From Bacilli bacterium (GTDB taxonomy: Bacteria; Bacillota_I; Bacilli_A; RFN20; CAG-826): a DNA stretch of 64,000 nt. This document shows positions 48,223-57,091 of this stretch, piece after piece. The notes beneath the pieces are model-generated. The model worked only from the letters and a program-made list of their open reading frames with translations. It did no database searches and was not told the DNA's origin. The stretch lies in assembly GCA_024408565.1 (NCBI GenBank), contig JAKSUW010000004.1:5863-69862 (forward strand). Reading direction: 5' to 3'. The number at the start of each line of letters is the position of its first letter. Position 1 is the first letter of the stretch. The translations under genes were made by a program, and so were the position numbers.

Positions 48223-49016
48223 TGAATAGTTAAGGCTAATGCGAAGGTCACGAGATTCACGAGTACATGAGCGTACACCGAGGCACTAAAGCCTTCGTGT
48301 TCATATAAATAGCAATATAAGAAAGCGGGGACAAGATGAATCGGAATGTTTAAACATTCGTTAACGGGGTTAGAGCCCATAAACTGAACCCGGATTAAGG
48401 TATAAACAAGGATCGGAGCGATATAGGCAAAAATCCGGCTCCGTTTTCTTACGACCGTAAATAAACCTAAGCGGTAAGTAAATTCTTCGGCGATGGGTTC
48501 AAAAAGCGCAAAGATAAAGAAAGCCATAATCGGTTGATTACGGATGATAGCGAGAATCATTGTGCGGTTACTATCAAGGACGAAGTCCACATTAGCGGCG
48601 AGTAAAATACCTTGATAGGCAAAACAAAAACCAATCGTAACTGCACAACCGATGAGTCCGGCAATAATCGTCCGCCATTTCCGAGCGCCTTGGATAATTA
48701 AACCAAAGTCGGTCCAAAGGATTGATAGAGTAATTCCATAGACAACGCCATAAGCGACAAGGTTTTGAATCGCGGACTTTAAGATGTCATCAAACCGTAG
48801 GGTTGATAAACCGAGTTGCATTAAATAAGAAAACAAGAAATAGCCAAAGAAACCAGCGACAAATAAAACGACTTCTTTATAGTCGCTTAAAAAAATCATT
48901 CGTTCAAACCGGGGTTCTAAAGGAAAAGTTTTATTCCGGGCATTACAGGTTGGACAGTTACTTAAAAAAGCATCATATTCGTTTCGGCATTCTGGACATT
49001 TATGAAACTTTTTCAC
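48219..49016 (-). CDS. CPBP-family intramembrane metalloprotease (CAAX/Abi type) with an N-terminal zinc ribbon
   Basis: CPEC...CPTC ribbon, and the EEFTYR (EExxxR), FxxxH and HVLVN motifs. Confidence 0.65.
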   Translation of the reverse strand: MKKFHKCPECRNEYDAFLSNCPTCNARNKTFPLEPRFERMIFLSDYKEVVLFVAGFFGYFLFSYLMQLGLSTLRFDDILKSAIQNLVAYGVVYGITLSILWTDFGLIIQGARKWRTIIAGLIGCAVTIGFCFAYQGILLAANVDFVLDSNRTMILAIIRNQPIMAFFIFALFEPIAEEFTYRLGLFTVVRKRSRIFAYIAPILVYTLIRVQFMGSNPVNECLNIPIHLVPAFLYCYLYEHEGFSASVYAHVLVNLVTFALALTIQ

Positions 49017-49050
49017 GGAAAATATTATAACATATAATAAGAAGTGAAAT

Positions 49051-49622
49051 TTGATGTTTATCCCTGCTCATAACGAAGTCTTTACCCTTACTTGCGATAA
49101 ATCTAAATTTATCGCGTGTCTTTTCTTCGTCGCCTCAACTGATGAGGTAAAAGTGCGTTTACTGGAGTGTAAAAATCTTTATCCAAAAGCACGCCATTAT
49201 TTATACGCTTATAAGATTAAAAACCAAAGTAAAAGTAATGATGATGGTGAACCGGGTGCGATTGCGAAAGGCTTCTTAAAAATTCTTGATGAAAAGAAGT
49301 TAGATAAAACACTCATTGTGGTGGTGCGTTTTTTGGGGGCGTGAAATTAGGCGCTAGTCGCCTTTTGCGCACTTATCTAAGCGCGGTAACTAGTGTCATT
49401 AACCAAACCAGAACAAAAGAAATTACTCATGTTTATGTTTACCAAATTGAAACGGATTATGCGACTTTTAATAAATTAAAAAATGCCGGTTATCAACTTG
49501 AAAATGTTTCCTATAATGATAAAATTAATTTGACCATAATTGCGAAGCAACCACTCGATAATGTGCTAAAAACTTATCGGGTAAAAAACTTCATAATGGA
49601 GGAAACTAATCGCGCACTATGA
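49051..49622 (+). pseudogene. YigZ/IMPACT (UPF0029) family gene disrupted by a -1 frameshift in a T6G5 homopolymer tract
   Basis: ORF1 ends ...NDDGEPGAIAKGFLKIL...LIVVVRFLGA*. ORF2 begins (V)KLGASRLLRTY. The family consensus reads ...VVVTRYFGGxKLGxGGLxRAY across the junction, and one extra T or G in ttttttggggg (about 49322-49334) would restore it. Confidence 0.6.
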
Positions 49623-50812
49623 ATTACTTAATTGCCCGGCGAAAGAAATTACTTGACGCTTTACCTGATCACGCATTACTCCTTTTATCATCGGGTCAAA
49701 TCATTAAAGCGAGCCAAGATAATAATTATCCGTTTTATCTTAACCGTAATTTCTTTTATCTAGCCAATATTAAACAAGCTAATTCTTTCTTTTTAATTGA
49801 TAAAGACCGCGCTAAATCTTATTTATTTATTGACGCTTATGACCGTCATCAAGAAGTATGGTTTGGCCGCAAATTAACCAAAAAAGAAGCACTAGATGCT
49901 TCGCTAGTTGATGAAGTTTTCTTTACCAGTTCACTTCATGAAGAAGTTGACCGTTTAATGAGCCATAATCGGACATTATATTTAGATTATGGGGCGGATA
50001 GTTACCAAACTTTATTGGCGCAATTTCGTGATTATAAAATCGCGGATGTTAATCCAATCTTAACTTCGATGCGTTTAATTAAAGACGAAGAAGAAATTGC
50101 GTGTATTAAAAAAGCCGTTGATATTACTAGCCTTGGCTTAAAAACGATTACCGATTTACTAAAAGAAGAAAAAGTGTATCGCGAAATTGAAGTGTATAAC
50201 GCGTTTAATCACGCGATTTTAGACGAAGGTACCCACGAGATTGGTTTTCCTAGTATTATTGCTTCGGGTATTCACGCATGCTGTTTACATTATCCGACGC
50301 CTTATGACCGACTAGATAAAAAAGGCGTTTTACTTTGTGATGTCGGGAGTGGCTATAACTGTTATAGCGCCGATGTCACAAGAACGTATCCAATCAGCGG
50401 AAAATTTACGCCCCAACAAGCTTTAATCTATCAAATTGTCTTAGATGCGAATAAAGAAGCGATTAAATTAATTAAACCTGGAATGACTTTCAAGTCACTC
50501 CAAACTTTTACGAAAGAATTTTTAGCCGCTCGCTGTTTAGAAAAAGGTTTAATTAAAAAGCCAGATGATATCACTAATTACTACATGCACAGTGTTTCTC
50601 ATCCCTTAGGGCTTGATACCCATGATGTGGGTGGGCGCGATTTAACTTATGCACCCGGAATGGTGATTACCGTTGAACCTGGTTTATATTTTGAAAAATT
50701 AAAAATCGGGGTGCGCATCGAAGATGATGTCTTAGTGACCGAAGAGGGTCACCGCGTCTTAAGCGCCCAAATTCCAAAAGAAATTAAAGATATCGAAGCA
50801 TTATTTAAATAA
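49619..50812 (+). CDS. M24-family Xaa-Pro aminopeptidase/dipeptidase
   Basis: HSVSHPLGLDTHDVGG and the metal-ligand pattern of pita-bread fold peptidases. Confidence 0.8.
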   Translation: MNYLIARRKKLLDALPDHALLLLSSGQIIKASQDNNYPFYLNRNFFYLANIKQANSFFLIDKDRAKSYLFIDAYDRHQEVWFGRKLTKKEALDASLVDEVFFTSSLHEEVDRLMSHNRTLYLDYGADSYQTLLAQFRDYKIADVNPILTSMRLIKDEEEIACIKKAVDITSLGLKTITDLLKEEKVYREIEVYNAFNHAILDEGTHEIGFPSIIASGIHACCLHYPTPYDRLDKKGVLLCDVGSGYNCYSADVTRTYPISGKFTPQQALIYQIVLDANKEAIKLIKPGMTFKSLQTFTKEFLAARCLEKGLIKKPDDITNYYMHSVSHPLGLDTHDVGGRDLTYAPGMVITVEPGLYFEKLKIGVRIEDDVLVTEEGHRVLSAQIPKEIKDIEALFK

Positions 50813-50824
50813 AGGAGAAAACTT

Positions 50825-52309
50825 ATGAAGAAGTATGTTATGGCCATCGACCAAGGAACCACCAGTAGTCGAGCAATTTTGTTTGACCGTCAAGGAAAAC
50901 CCGTTCGGATTGCCCGGCGGGACATTCAAACCTCCTTCCCTCAACCCGGTTGGGTTGAAGAATCCGCGAAAGACATTTGGCTTTCAGTGGTTGGTAGTAT
51001 TGAAGAAGCGATGGAAGAAGAAAACGTCCAATGGGACGAAATTGATTCCATCGGGATTACTAATCAACGTGAGACGACGGTTGTCTGGGATAAAAAAACG
51101 ATGCAACCGGTGTATCCGGCGATTGTTTGGCAATCCCGCCAAACCGCCAGTCTATGTGACGCAAGAAGCAAGAAATCTGATTTTATCTTTAAGCGGACTG
51201 GCTTACGCTTAAATCCGTATTTCTCGGCGAGTAAGATTCGCTTTATTCTTGACCATATTAAAAACGGTCAGAAGCGGGCGGAAAAAGGTGAATTATTATT
51301 TGGCACGGTTGAAACCTGGTTAATTTATAAATTAACAAATGGTCATTCACATGTAACGGATGTCACTAACGCCAGCCGCACCATGTTATTTAATATTCGG
51401 ACAAGAAAATGGGATCCTGAACTTTTAAAGATTTGGAATATTCCGCTTAAGATGTTACCTAAAATTTCGCCGACCGCGGAAGACTTTGGTCAAGCCGAAT
51501 TCTTTAAATCCAATACCCATATATGTGGAGCGATTGGTGATCAACAATCGGCGCTCTTTGGCCAAACCTGTTTTGCTAAAGGCGAAAGTAAAAATACCTA
51601 TGGTACGGGTTGTTTTATGCTTATGAATATTGGCGATAAACCGATTTTAAGTAAACACGGCTTACTCACGACCGTAGCCTGGGAGATTAATCATCATGTG
51701 ACTTACGCCCTTGAAGCGAGTGTCTTTATGGGTGGAGCGACGATTCAATGGCTCCGGGATGGTTTACAAATTATTAAATCTACGCCCGAAAGTGAAAAGC
51801 TCGCCTTAAAAGTAAAAGATACTGATGGCGTTTATCTAGTCCCCGCGTTTGTGGGCTTAGGGACACCATATTGGGATAATGATGTACGGGCGGCTTTCTT
51901 TGGTTTAACCCGCGGCACTAGTAAAGAACATATTTGTCGTGCCGCTCTTGAAGGAGTTGCTTACCAAATTGCTGATTCTTTGCGCGTAATGCAAGATGAA
52001 ACAAAGATTAAACTCAAAGCGTTACGGGTGGATGGCGGCGCGAGCGCTAATAATTTCTTAATGCAATTCCAAAGCGATATTTTAAATACGAAGGTGCAAT
52101 TGCCGGTTTGCGTTGAGACCACGGCGTTAGGGGCGGCTTATATGGCTGGCTTATTCACTGGTTTTTATAAGAGTCAAGCCGCGATTGCGAAAAACCATCG
52201 TTACCAAAAGATTTATACGCCAAAGATGGATAAAAAACTGGTCGCACAAAAATTAGCGGGCTGGGAACTCGCGGTCGCAAGTGCCCGGAACTTTAAACCC
52301 CATAAGTAA
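50825..52309 (+). CDS. glpK: Glycerol kinase
   Basis: MKKYVMAIDQGTTSSRAILFD N-terminus and the FGGY kinase motifs. Confidence 0.95.
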   Translation: MKKYVMAIDQGTTSSRAILFDRQGKPVRIARRDIQTSFPQPGWVEESAKDIWLSVVGSIEEAMEEENVQWDEIDSIGITNQRETTVVWDKKTMQPVYPAIVWQSRQTASLCDARSKKSDFIFKRTGLRLNPYFSASKIRFILDHIKNGQKRAEKGELLFGTVETWLIYKLTNGHSHVTDVTNASRTMLFNIRTRKWDPELLKIWNIPLKMLPKISPTAEDFGQAEFFKSNTHICGAIGDQQSALFGQTCFAKGESKNTYGTGCFMLMNIGDKPILSKHGLLTTVAWEINHHVTYALEASVFMGGATIQWLRDGLQIIKSTPESEKLALKVKDTDGVYLVPAFVGLGTPYWDNDVRAAFFGLTRGTSKEHICRAALEGVAYQIADSLRVMQDETKIKLKALRVDGGASANNFLMQFQSDILNTKVQLPVCVETTALGAAYMAGLFTGFYKSQAAIAKNHRYQKIYTPKMDKKLVAQKLAGWELAVASARNFKPHK

Positions 52310-52321
52310 TTACTTATTTTC

Positions 52322-53575
52322 ATGAAATTAATTACCCGTAGTTTAGGTTGTAAAGTAAACGCATACGAGACAGGAGCGGTTGCCGCGAAACTTTACCAAG
52401 CGGGTTTTAAGCGTGGCGGTGATAAACATTTTGATGTCGCTCTTATTAACACTTGTACTGTAACTCATGTTGCGAGTCAAAAGTCACGGCAACATATTCG
52501 GCAACTAAGAAAGCTTAATCCTAACGCCATTATTGTTGTGATGGGTTGCTACGCGAATCATCATCCGAAGGAAGTGTTAAAAGAATGCGCCGCGGATATT
52601 GTAGTAGGGGTCAATGAACGGAAGAAGATACCGACCTTAATTAAAAATTACCAAGCAAAGCATAAGAAGTTAGAAGCTGTTCAAAGTGTCGATTATCTCC
52701 GGCATAAAGTTAAATATGAGGAATTAGGGATTGCGCCTTTATTTGAGAATACCAGGGCCTACGTTAAAATTAGCGATGGCTGTAATAATTTCTGTTCCTA
52801 TTGTATTATTCCAACGACGCGTGGTCGTTTACGGAGCCGTGATCCTCGCGACATTTTGTGTGAGATTCGTGAATTATTAAAACGCGGCTATAAAGAAATT
52901 GTTTTAACGGGCATTGATACATCAAGTTATGGACAAGAATTTAAACATTATCGTTTTGCGGATTTACTGAAAGATATTCTGACGAAATTCCCAAAACTAT
53001 ATCGCTTACGGATTTCAAGTACCGAGATTAGTGAGATTGATCATCACTTTTTAACGTTGTTAAAACAATATCCAAATATTGCTTCGCATTTACATATTCC
53101 ACTTCAATCTGGATCTGACCGTGTCTTAAAAAAGATGAACCGTAAATATCTAACGAAAGATTATTTAGCTAAAATTAACGCGATTCGTCGTATTCGTCCT
53201 GATATCGCGATCACCACTGATTTAATTGTTGGCTATCCAAGTGAAGACGAGCGAGCGTTTAAAGAAACTTTAAAATTTATTCAAAAAATTAATTTCGCTG
53301 ATATGCACGTCTTCCCATTTTCTCCGCGTGAAGGCACCGCGGCTTATCTTATGAAAGATTTATCGCCACTAGTTAAAAAAGCGCGGGTGAAGAAAGTGAT
53401 GGATATCGCTAAAGCGATGAGAGCAAATTATATAAAACATTTCCTTAACAAAAAACTTGAAGTGCTCTTTGAAACTAATGATAGTGGCTTAACTAGTAAC
53501 TATTTATGCGTCTACGCGCACCATGCACCGAATTCAGTTCACAAAATTAAACTAACAAAAACTAATACTAAATAA
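52322..53575 (+). CDS. MiaB/RimO/MtaB-family radical SAM methylthiotransferase (MtaB-like)
   Basis: N-terminal MTTase domain (SLGCKVNAYE, INTCTVT), radical SAM CNNFCSYC, and a C-terminal TRAM-like region. Confidence 0.75.
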   Translation: MKLITRSLGCKVNAYETGAVAAKLYQAGFKRGGDKHFDVALINTCTVTHVASQKSRQHIRQLRKLNPNAIIVVMGCYANHHPKEVLKECAADIVVGVNERKKIPTLIKNYQAKHKKLEAVQSVDYLRHKVKYEELGIAPLFENTRAYVKISDGCNNFCSYCIIPTTRGRLRSRDPRDILCEIRELLKRGYKEIVLTGIDTSSYGQEFKHYRFADLLKDILTKFPKLYRLRISSTEISEIDHHFLTLLKQYPNIASHLHIPLQSGSDRVLKKMNRKYLTKDYLAKINAIRRIRPDIAITTDLIVGYPSEDERAFKETLKFIQKINFADMHVFPFSPREGTAAYLMKDLSPLVKKARVKKVMDIAKAMRANYIKHFLNKKLEVLFETNDSGLTSNYLCVYAHHAPNSVHKIKLTKTNTK

Positions 53576-53684
53576 TCAGTATTTATCGTAGTTATAAAGG
53601 AAAAACTATACAATGTCTAATTTTGCTTGTCAGGGGCTTTATTTATCTACTATAATATTTAGCGTTAACTAAAGGAGAATACTT

Positions 53685-53945
53685 ATGGCCGTTCCACAAC
53701 GAAGAACTAGTAAAGCTCGTAAAAGATTAAGACGCACGCATTTTAAACTAAGCGCGAAAGGCTTAGTCGCCTGCCCACACTGTGGTGAAATGATTCAACC
53801 ACACAAAGTGTGCCCATTTTGCGGATATTATAATGGTAAACCCATTGTCGTAAAGAAAAACAAGGGCGCGAATGCTGCACCGGCTAAAACTGATAAAAAG
53901 GCGAACAAAAAAGACGAAAAGAAAACCGACGAGAAAAAGAAGTAA
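53685..53945 (+). CDS. rpmF: 50S ribosomal protein L32 with a Lys-rich C-terminal extension
   Basis: [19 protein letters not shown], then a CPHCG...CPFCGYYNG zinc ribbon, then a [30 protein letters not shown] tail. Confidence 0.85.
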   Translation: MAVPQRRTSKARKRLRRTHFKLSAKGLVACPHCGEMIQPHKVCPFCGYYNGKPIVVKKNKGANAAPAKTDKKANKKDEKKTDEKKK

Positions 53946-53948
53946 TTA

Positions 53949-54599
53949 ATGGAAATTAACCGTTACATTGATCACACTTTACTTAAGGCAAACGCCCTTG
54001 CTAGTGAAATTAGTAAGCTTTGCTTAGAAGCGAAACAATATCATTTTAAAAGCGTTTGCGTAAACCCGGGTTTTGTCTCACTTGCAAAAAAAGAATTACA
54101 AGGGAGTGACGTTTTAGTGTGCACCGTGATTGGCTTTCCCTTAGGCGCGACTACTTGTGCGTCAAAAGTAAGTGAAACCAGTAACGCCTTAAAAGATGGC
54201 GCAGATGAAATTGATATGGTGATTAACATTAGTCACGCGAAAATGCACGACTATCAATACATTGAAAACGAAATTAAAGCAATTAAAGCGGTTTGTCAAA
54301 ACCACACTTTAAAAGTTATCTTAGAAACTTGTTTATTAACCGATGAAGAAATTGTTGCGACTTCTTTAGCCGCCAAAAACGCGGGAGCGGATTTTGTTAA
54401 AACCTCAACCGGCTTTTCAACTGGCGGAGCCACTATCCACGCGGTGAGCCTTATGCGTAAGACTGTTGGTGAAACGATGGGCGTTAAAGCAAGTGGTGGA
54501 ATTCATACCTACCAAGAAGCCCTTGAGATGATTAACGCGGGCGCTAGTCGAATTGGTGCTAGTAGCGGGGTCGCAATTATGCAATCGTTAAGTAAATAA
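53949..54599 (+). CDS. deoC: Deoxyribose-phosphate aldolase
   Basis: DHTLLK N-terminal motif, the VCVNP block, and the Schiff-base Lys region FVKTSTGF. Confidence 0.85.
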   Translation: MEINRYIDHTLLKANALASEISKLCLEAKQYHFKSVCVNPGFVSLAKKELQGSDVLVCTVIGFPLGATTCASKVSETSNALKDGADEIDMVINISHAKMHDYQYIENEIKAIKAVCQNHTLKVILETCLLTDEEIVATSLAAKNAGADFVKTSTGFSTGGATIHAVSLMRKTVGETMGVKASGGIHTYQEALEMINAGASRIGASSGVAIMQSLSK

Positions 54600-54602
54600 A
54601 AG

Positions 54603-54630
54603 TGCCGAGCAATCGGCTCTTTTTTATTTT
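54603..54630 (+). terminator. Rho-independent terminator after deoC
   Basis: GCCGA-gcaa-TCGGC hairpin followed by TCTTTTTT. Confidence 0.65.
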
Positions 54631-54672
54631 TAATAAAAATTATTAAGAAATTTGCTATAATCATTTTTGTTT

Positions 54673-56154
54673 ATGAGAGCACAAGCCTTTGACATGCGGA
54701 AGTACGTGTTGGTCCAACGGCGGGCCATCGAGAAGCGGATCAAAAGTTTTGGTGACAAACTTTATCTTGAATTTGGTGGTAAGCTCTTTGATGATAATCA
54801 TGCCTCCCGGGTCTTACCAGGTTTTGAACCGGATGCGAAATTAAAACTACTTTTAAGTTTACGGAAACAACTAGAAGTTGTGATTGTCGTGAATAGCGAT
54901 GACATTATTTCTAATAAAGCGCGGAGTGATATTGGTATTTCCTATCAAGACGAAGTGAAACGGTTAATCGACGCGTTTAATGATGTAAAGATTTATGTTT
55001 CCAGCGTGGTCTTTAGTTTCTATAAAGAAAATGATGCGATTCGTAACTTTAAACATTTCTTAGAAAGTAATAATGTGAAAGTTTATAAACATTACGAAAT
55101 TAATGGTTATCCGGAAAACGTTAGCTTAGTCGTGAGCGAAGACGGCTTAGGAAAAAACGAATACATTAAAACTACTCGTCCATTAGTGGTCGTGACCGCA
55201 CCGGGTCCAGGAAGCGGCAAGATGGCAACCTGCTTAAGCCAACTTTATCACGAAAACAAAAACCATGTGCGAGCGGGTTACGCAAAATACGAAACCTTCC
55301 CGGTTTGGAATTTACCATTACGTCACCCGGTTAATTTAGCCTACGAAGCCGCAACTGTGGATTTAAATGATCTTAACGTCATTGATCCATTCCATCTTGA
55401 AGCTTATCACCGGATGGCGACTAGTTATAACCGCGATGTCGCTAGTTTCCCATTACTCCAAGCCATCTTTAAAAAGATTTATGGCTCTTCGCCTTATAAA
55501 TCCCCAACCGATATGGGTGTTAACATGGTTGGTTTTGCGATTAAGAATAAAAAAGTGGCGATTAAAGCGAGTAATGATGAAATCATTCGTCGATATTTCC
55601 AAACTATGAAGAGTAACTTCTTAGGTAAGTTACCAGATTCGGCAGTCGAAAAAGCGCGCATTATTATGAGCGAAGCAAAGCTTTCGGTGGATGACCGGAA
55701 ATGTGTAAAGCCGTGTAACGAAAGGGCTGCCCAAACAGGTGTTCCATGTATGGCGCTAGAAAAAGGAAATAAAATCATTACCGCGAAACGGAGTCAACTT
55801 TTAGGTGCCCCGGCCGCCTTATTACTTAATACCTTAAAATCATTTGCCAATATCGAAGATAAACAATTAATCTTATCGCGCCGGGTGATTGAACCAGTAA
55901 CGGATTTAAAAGTTAATATCTTACGTAACCATAACCCACGGATTCACGCGGAAGAAGTTTTGATTGCCTTAGCTTTACAAGCTGATACTAATCCGTTAGC
56001 GGAAGCGGTCCTTAAACAAGTGCCGAAACTCCGTGGTCTACAAGCCCACTCCAGTGTTATTTTGCCGGTTGTGGATATGAAGACCTTCCGTAAATTAGGG
56101 ATGAATGTGACGGAAGAAGCGAAGAGTTACGCGGGCAAAATCTTTACAAAATAG
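54673..56154 (+). CDS. UPF0371/DUF1846-family protein
   Basis: QAF...YLxLQRxxIxxRIxxFxxKLYLEFGGK N-terminal signature, here MRAQAFDMRKYVLVQRRAIEKRIKSFGDKLYLEFGGK. The start is taken at the ATG at 54673; the track's TTG start at 54667 is unlikely. Confidence 0.6.
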   Translation: MRAQAFDMRKYVLVQRRAIEKRIKSFGDKLYLEFGGKLFDDNHASRVLPGFEPDAKLKLLLSLRKQLEVVIVVNSDDIISNKARSDIGISYQDEVKRLIDAFNDVKIYVSSVVFSFYKENDAIRNFKHFLESNNVKVYKHYEINGYPENVSLVVSEDGLGKNEYIKTTRPLVVVTAPGPGSGKMATCLSQLYHENKNHVRAGYAKYETFPVWNLPLRHPVNLAYEAATVDLNDLNVIDPFHLEAYHRMATSYNRDVASFPLLQAIFKKIYGSSPYKSPTDMGVNMVGFAIKNKKVAIKASNDEIIRRYFQTMKSNFLGKLPDSAVEKARIIMSEAKLSVDDRKCVKPCNERAAQTGVPCMALEKGNKIITAKRSQLLGAPAALLLNTLKSFANIEDKQLILSRRVIEPVTDLKVNILRNHNPRIHAEEVLIALALQADTNPLAEAVLKQVPKLRGLQAHSSVILPVVDMKTFRKLGMNVTEEAKSYAGKIFTK

Positions 56155-56209
56155 TTGCAAAAGATAGCGATATCGACAATAATATTGAAAGTTTTAAGGA
56201 GGTGAAGTT

Positions 56210-56383
56210 ATGCCGAAGACAGTCGTTCGTGAAGGTGAAACACTTGACGAAGTATTACGTCGTTTTAAGCGTTCGGTCAATAAATCGGGCGTCCTTTATG
56301 ATGTACGTCGGCACGAAGCCTTCTATCCAAAAAGCTTACGTCGCAAAATGAAAAGCGAAGAGGCTCGTCGGAGACGTTACTAA
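56210..56383 (+). CDS. rpsU: 30S ribosomal protein S21 (not in the supplied ORF track because it is under 60 aa)
   Basis: Translation [57 protein letters not shown] (57 aa). An AAGGAGGTG RBS lies 7 nt upstream. Confidence 0.85.
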   Translation: MPKTVVREGETLDEVLRRFKRSVNKSGVLYDVRRHEAFYPKSLRRKMKSEEARRRRY

Positions 56384-56399
56384 TTAAATTAACAAAAAG

Positions 56400-56425
56400 A
56401 ACCAGGAGCAATCCTGGTTTTTTTC
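56400..56425 (+). terminator. Rho-independent terminator after rpsU
   Basis: ACCAGGA-gca-ATCCTGGT hairpin followed by T7. Confidence 0.75.
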
Positions 56426-56557
56426 TTTCTCCACCAAGGAGTGGAAAACTTTAATTTATCCGGTCGATTAATTTTCTATATTTATAAATAAATATAAAAA
56501 TAAATTCGCGTTATACGATTGTGGATTCGCATATTTATAAGTAGGAGGAAAATAACG

Positions 56558-57091
56558 ATGATAAAAATAATCATATTAGTAGTCTTAGCAACCGTGGTGG
56601 GTCTAGCGGTTTTTAATGCGGTGGATAATGCGACCGGTGGAAGTGAAACTGATCCAACTGAACCAATAAGTAACACTATTACGGTTAGTATCACTGGTGA
56701 AGTTAATAAAGCGGGGACTTATTATATTAATACCGGCAGTTCACTAGGGGATTTAATTGCAGCGGCTAGTGACGTCACAAGTAACGCGGATCCAAAAGCC
56801 TATAATACAACCTACATTTTAGCGAATAATCAAAGTTTCTATATCGCACCTATCTATCGGAGTAGTGAGACCTGTTCATCAGAACCGATTGAAAAAGTCA
56901 ATATTAATAGCGCGAGCGCGGAAGAAATATTAGCGATCAAAGGCTTTACGATTAGTAGTAATATCGCAAATAACATTATCGAGTACCGGGAAAGTAAAGG
57001 CGCGTTTGCTCGGGTTGAAGAACTGAAAGACGTGAGTTATATCGGCCCAGCAACATTTGAAAAGATGAAAGACTATGTTACCCTCGAATGA
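56558..57091 (+). CDS. comEA: Competence protein ComEA (membrane-anchored helix-hairpin-helix DNA-binding protein)
   Basis: N-terminal TM helix, SLGDLI, and tandem C-terminal HhH repeats (AEEILAIKGFTISSNIANNIIEYRESKGAFARVEELKDVSYIGPATFEKM). A GGAGG RBS lies before the ATG at 56558. Confidence 0.8.
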   Translation: MIKIIILVVLATVVGLAVFNAVDNATGGSETDPTEPISNTITVSITGEVNKAGTYYINTGSSLGDLIAAASDVTSNADPKAYNTTYILANNQSFYIAPIYRSSETCSSEPIEKVNINSASAEEILAIKGFTISSNIANNIIEYRESKGAFARVEELKDVSYIGPATFEKMKDYVTLE

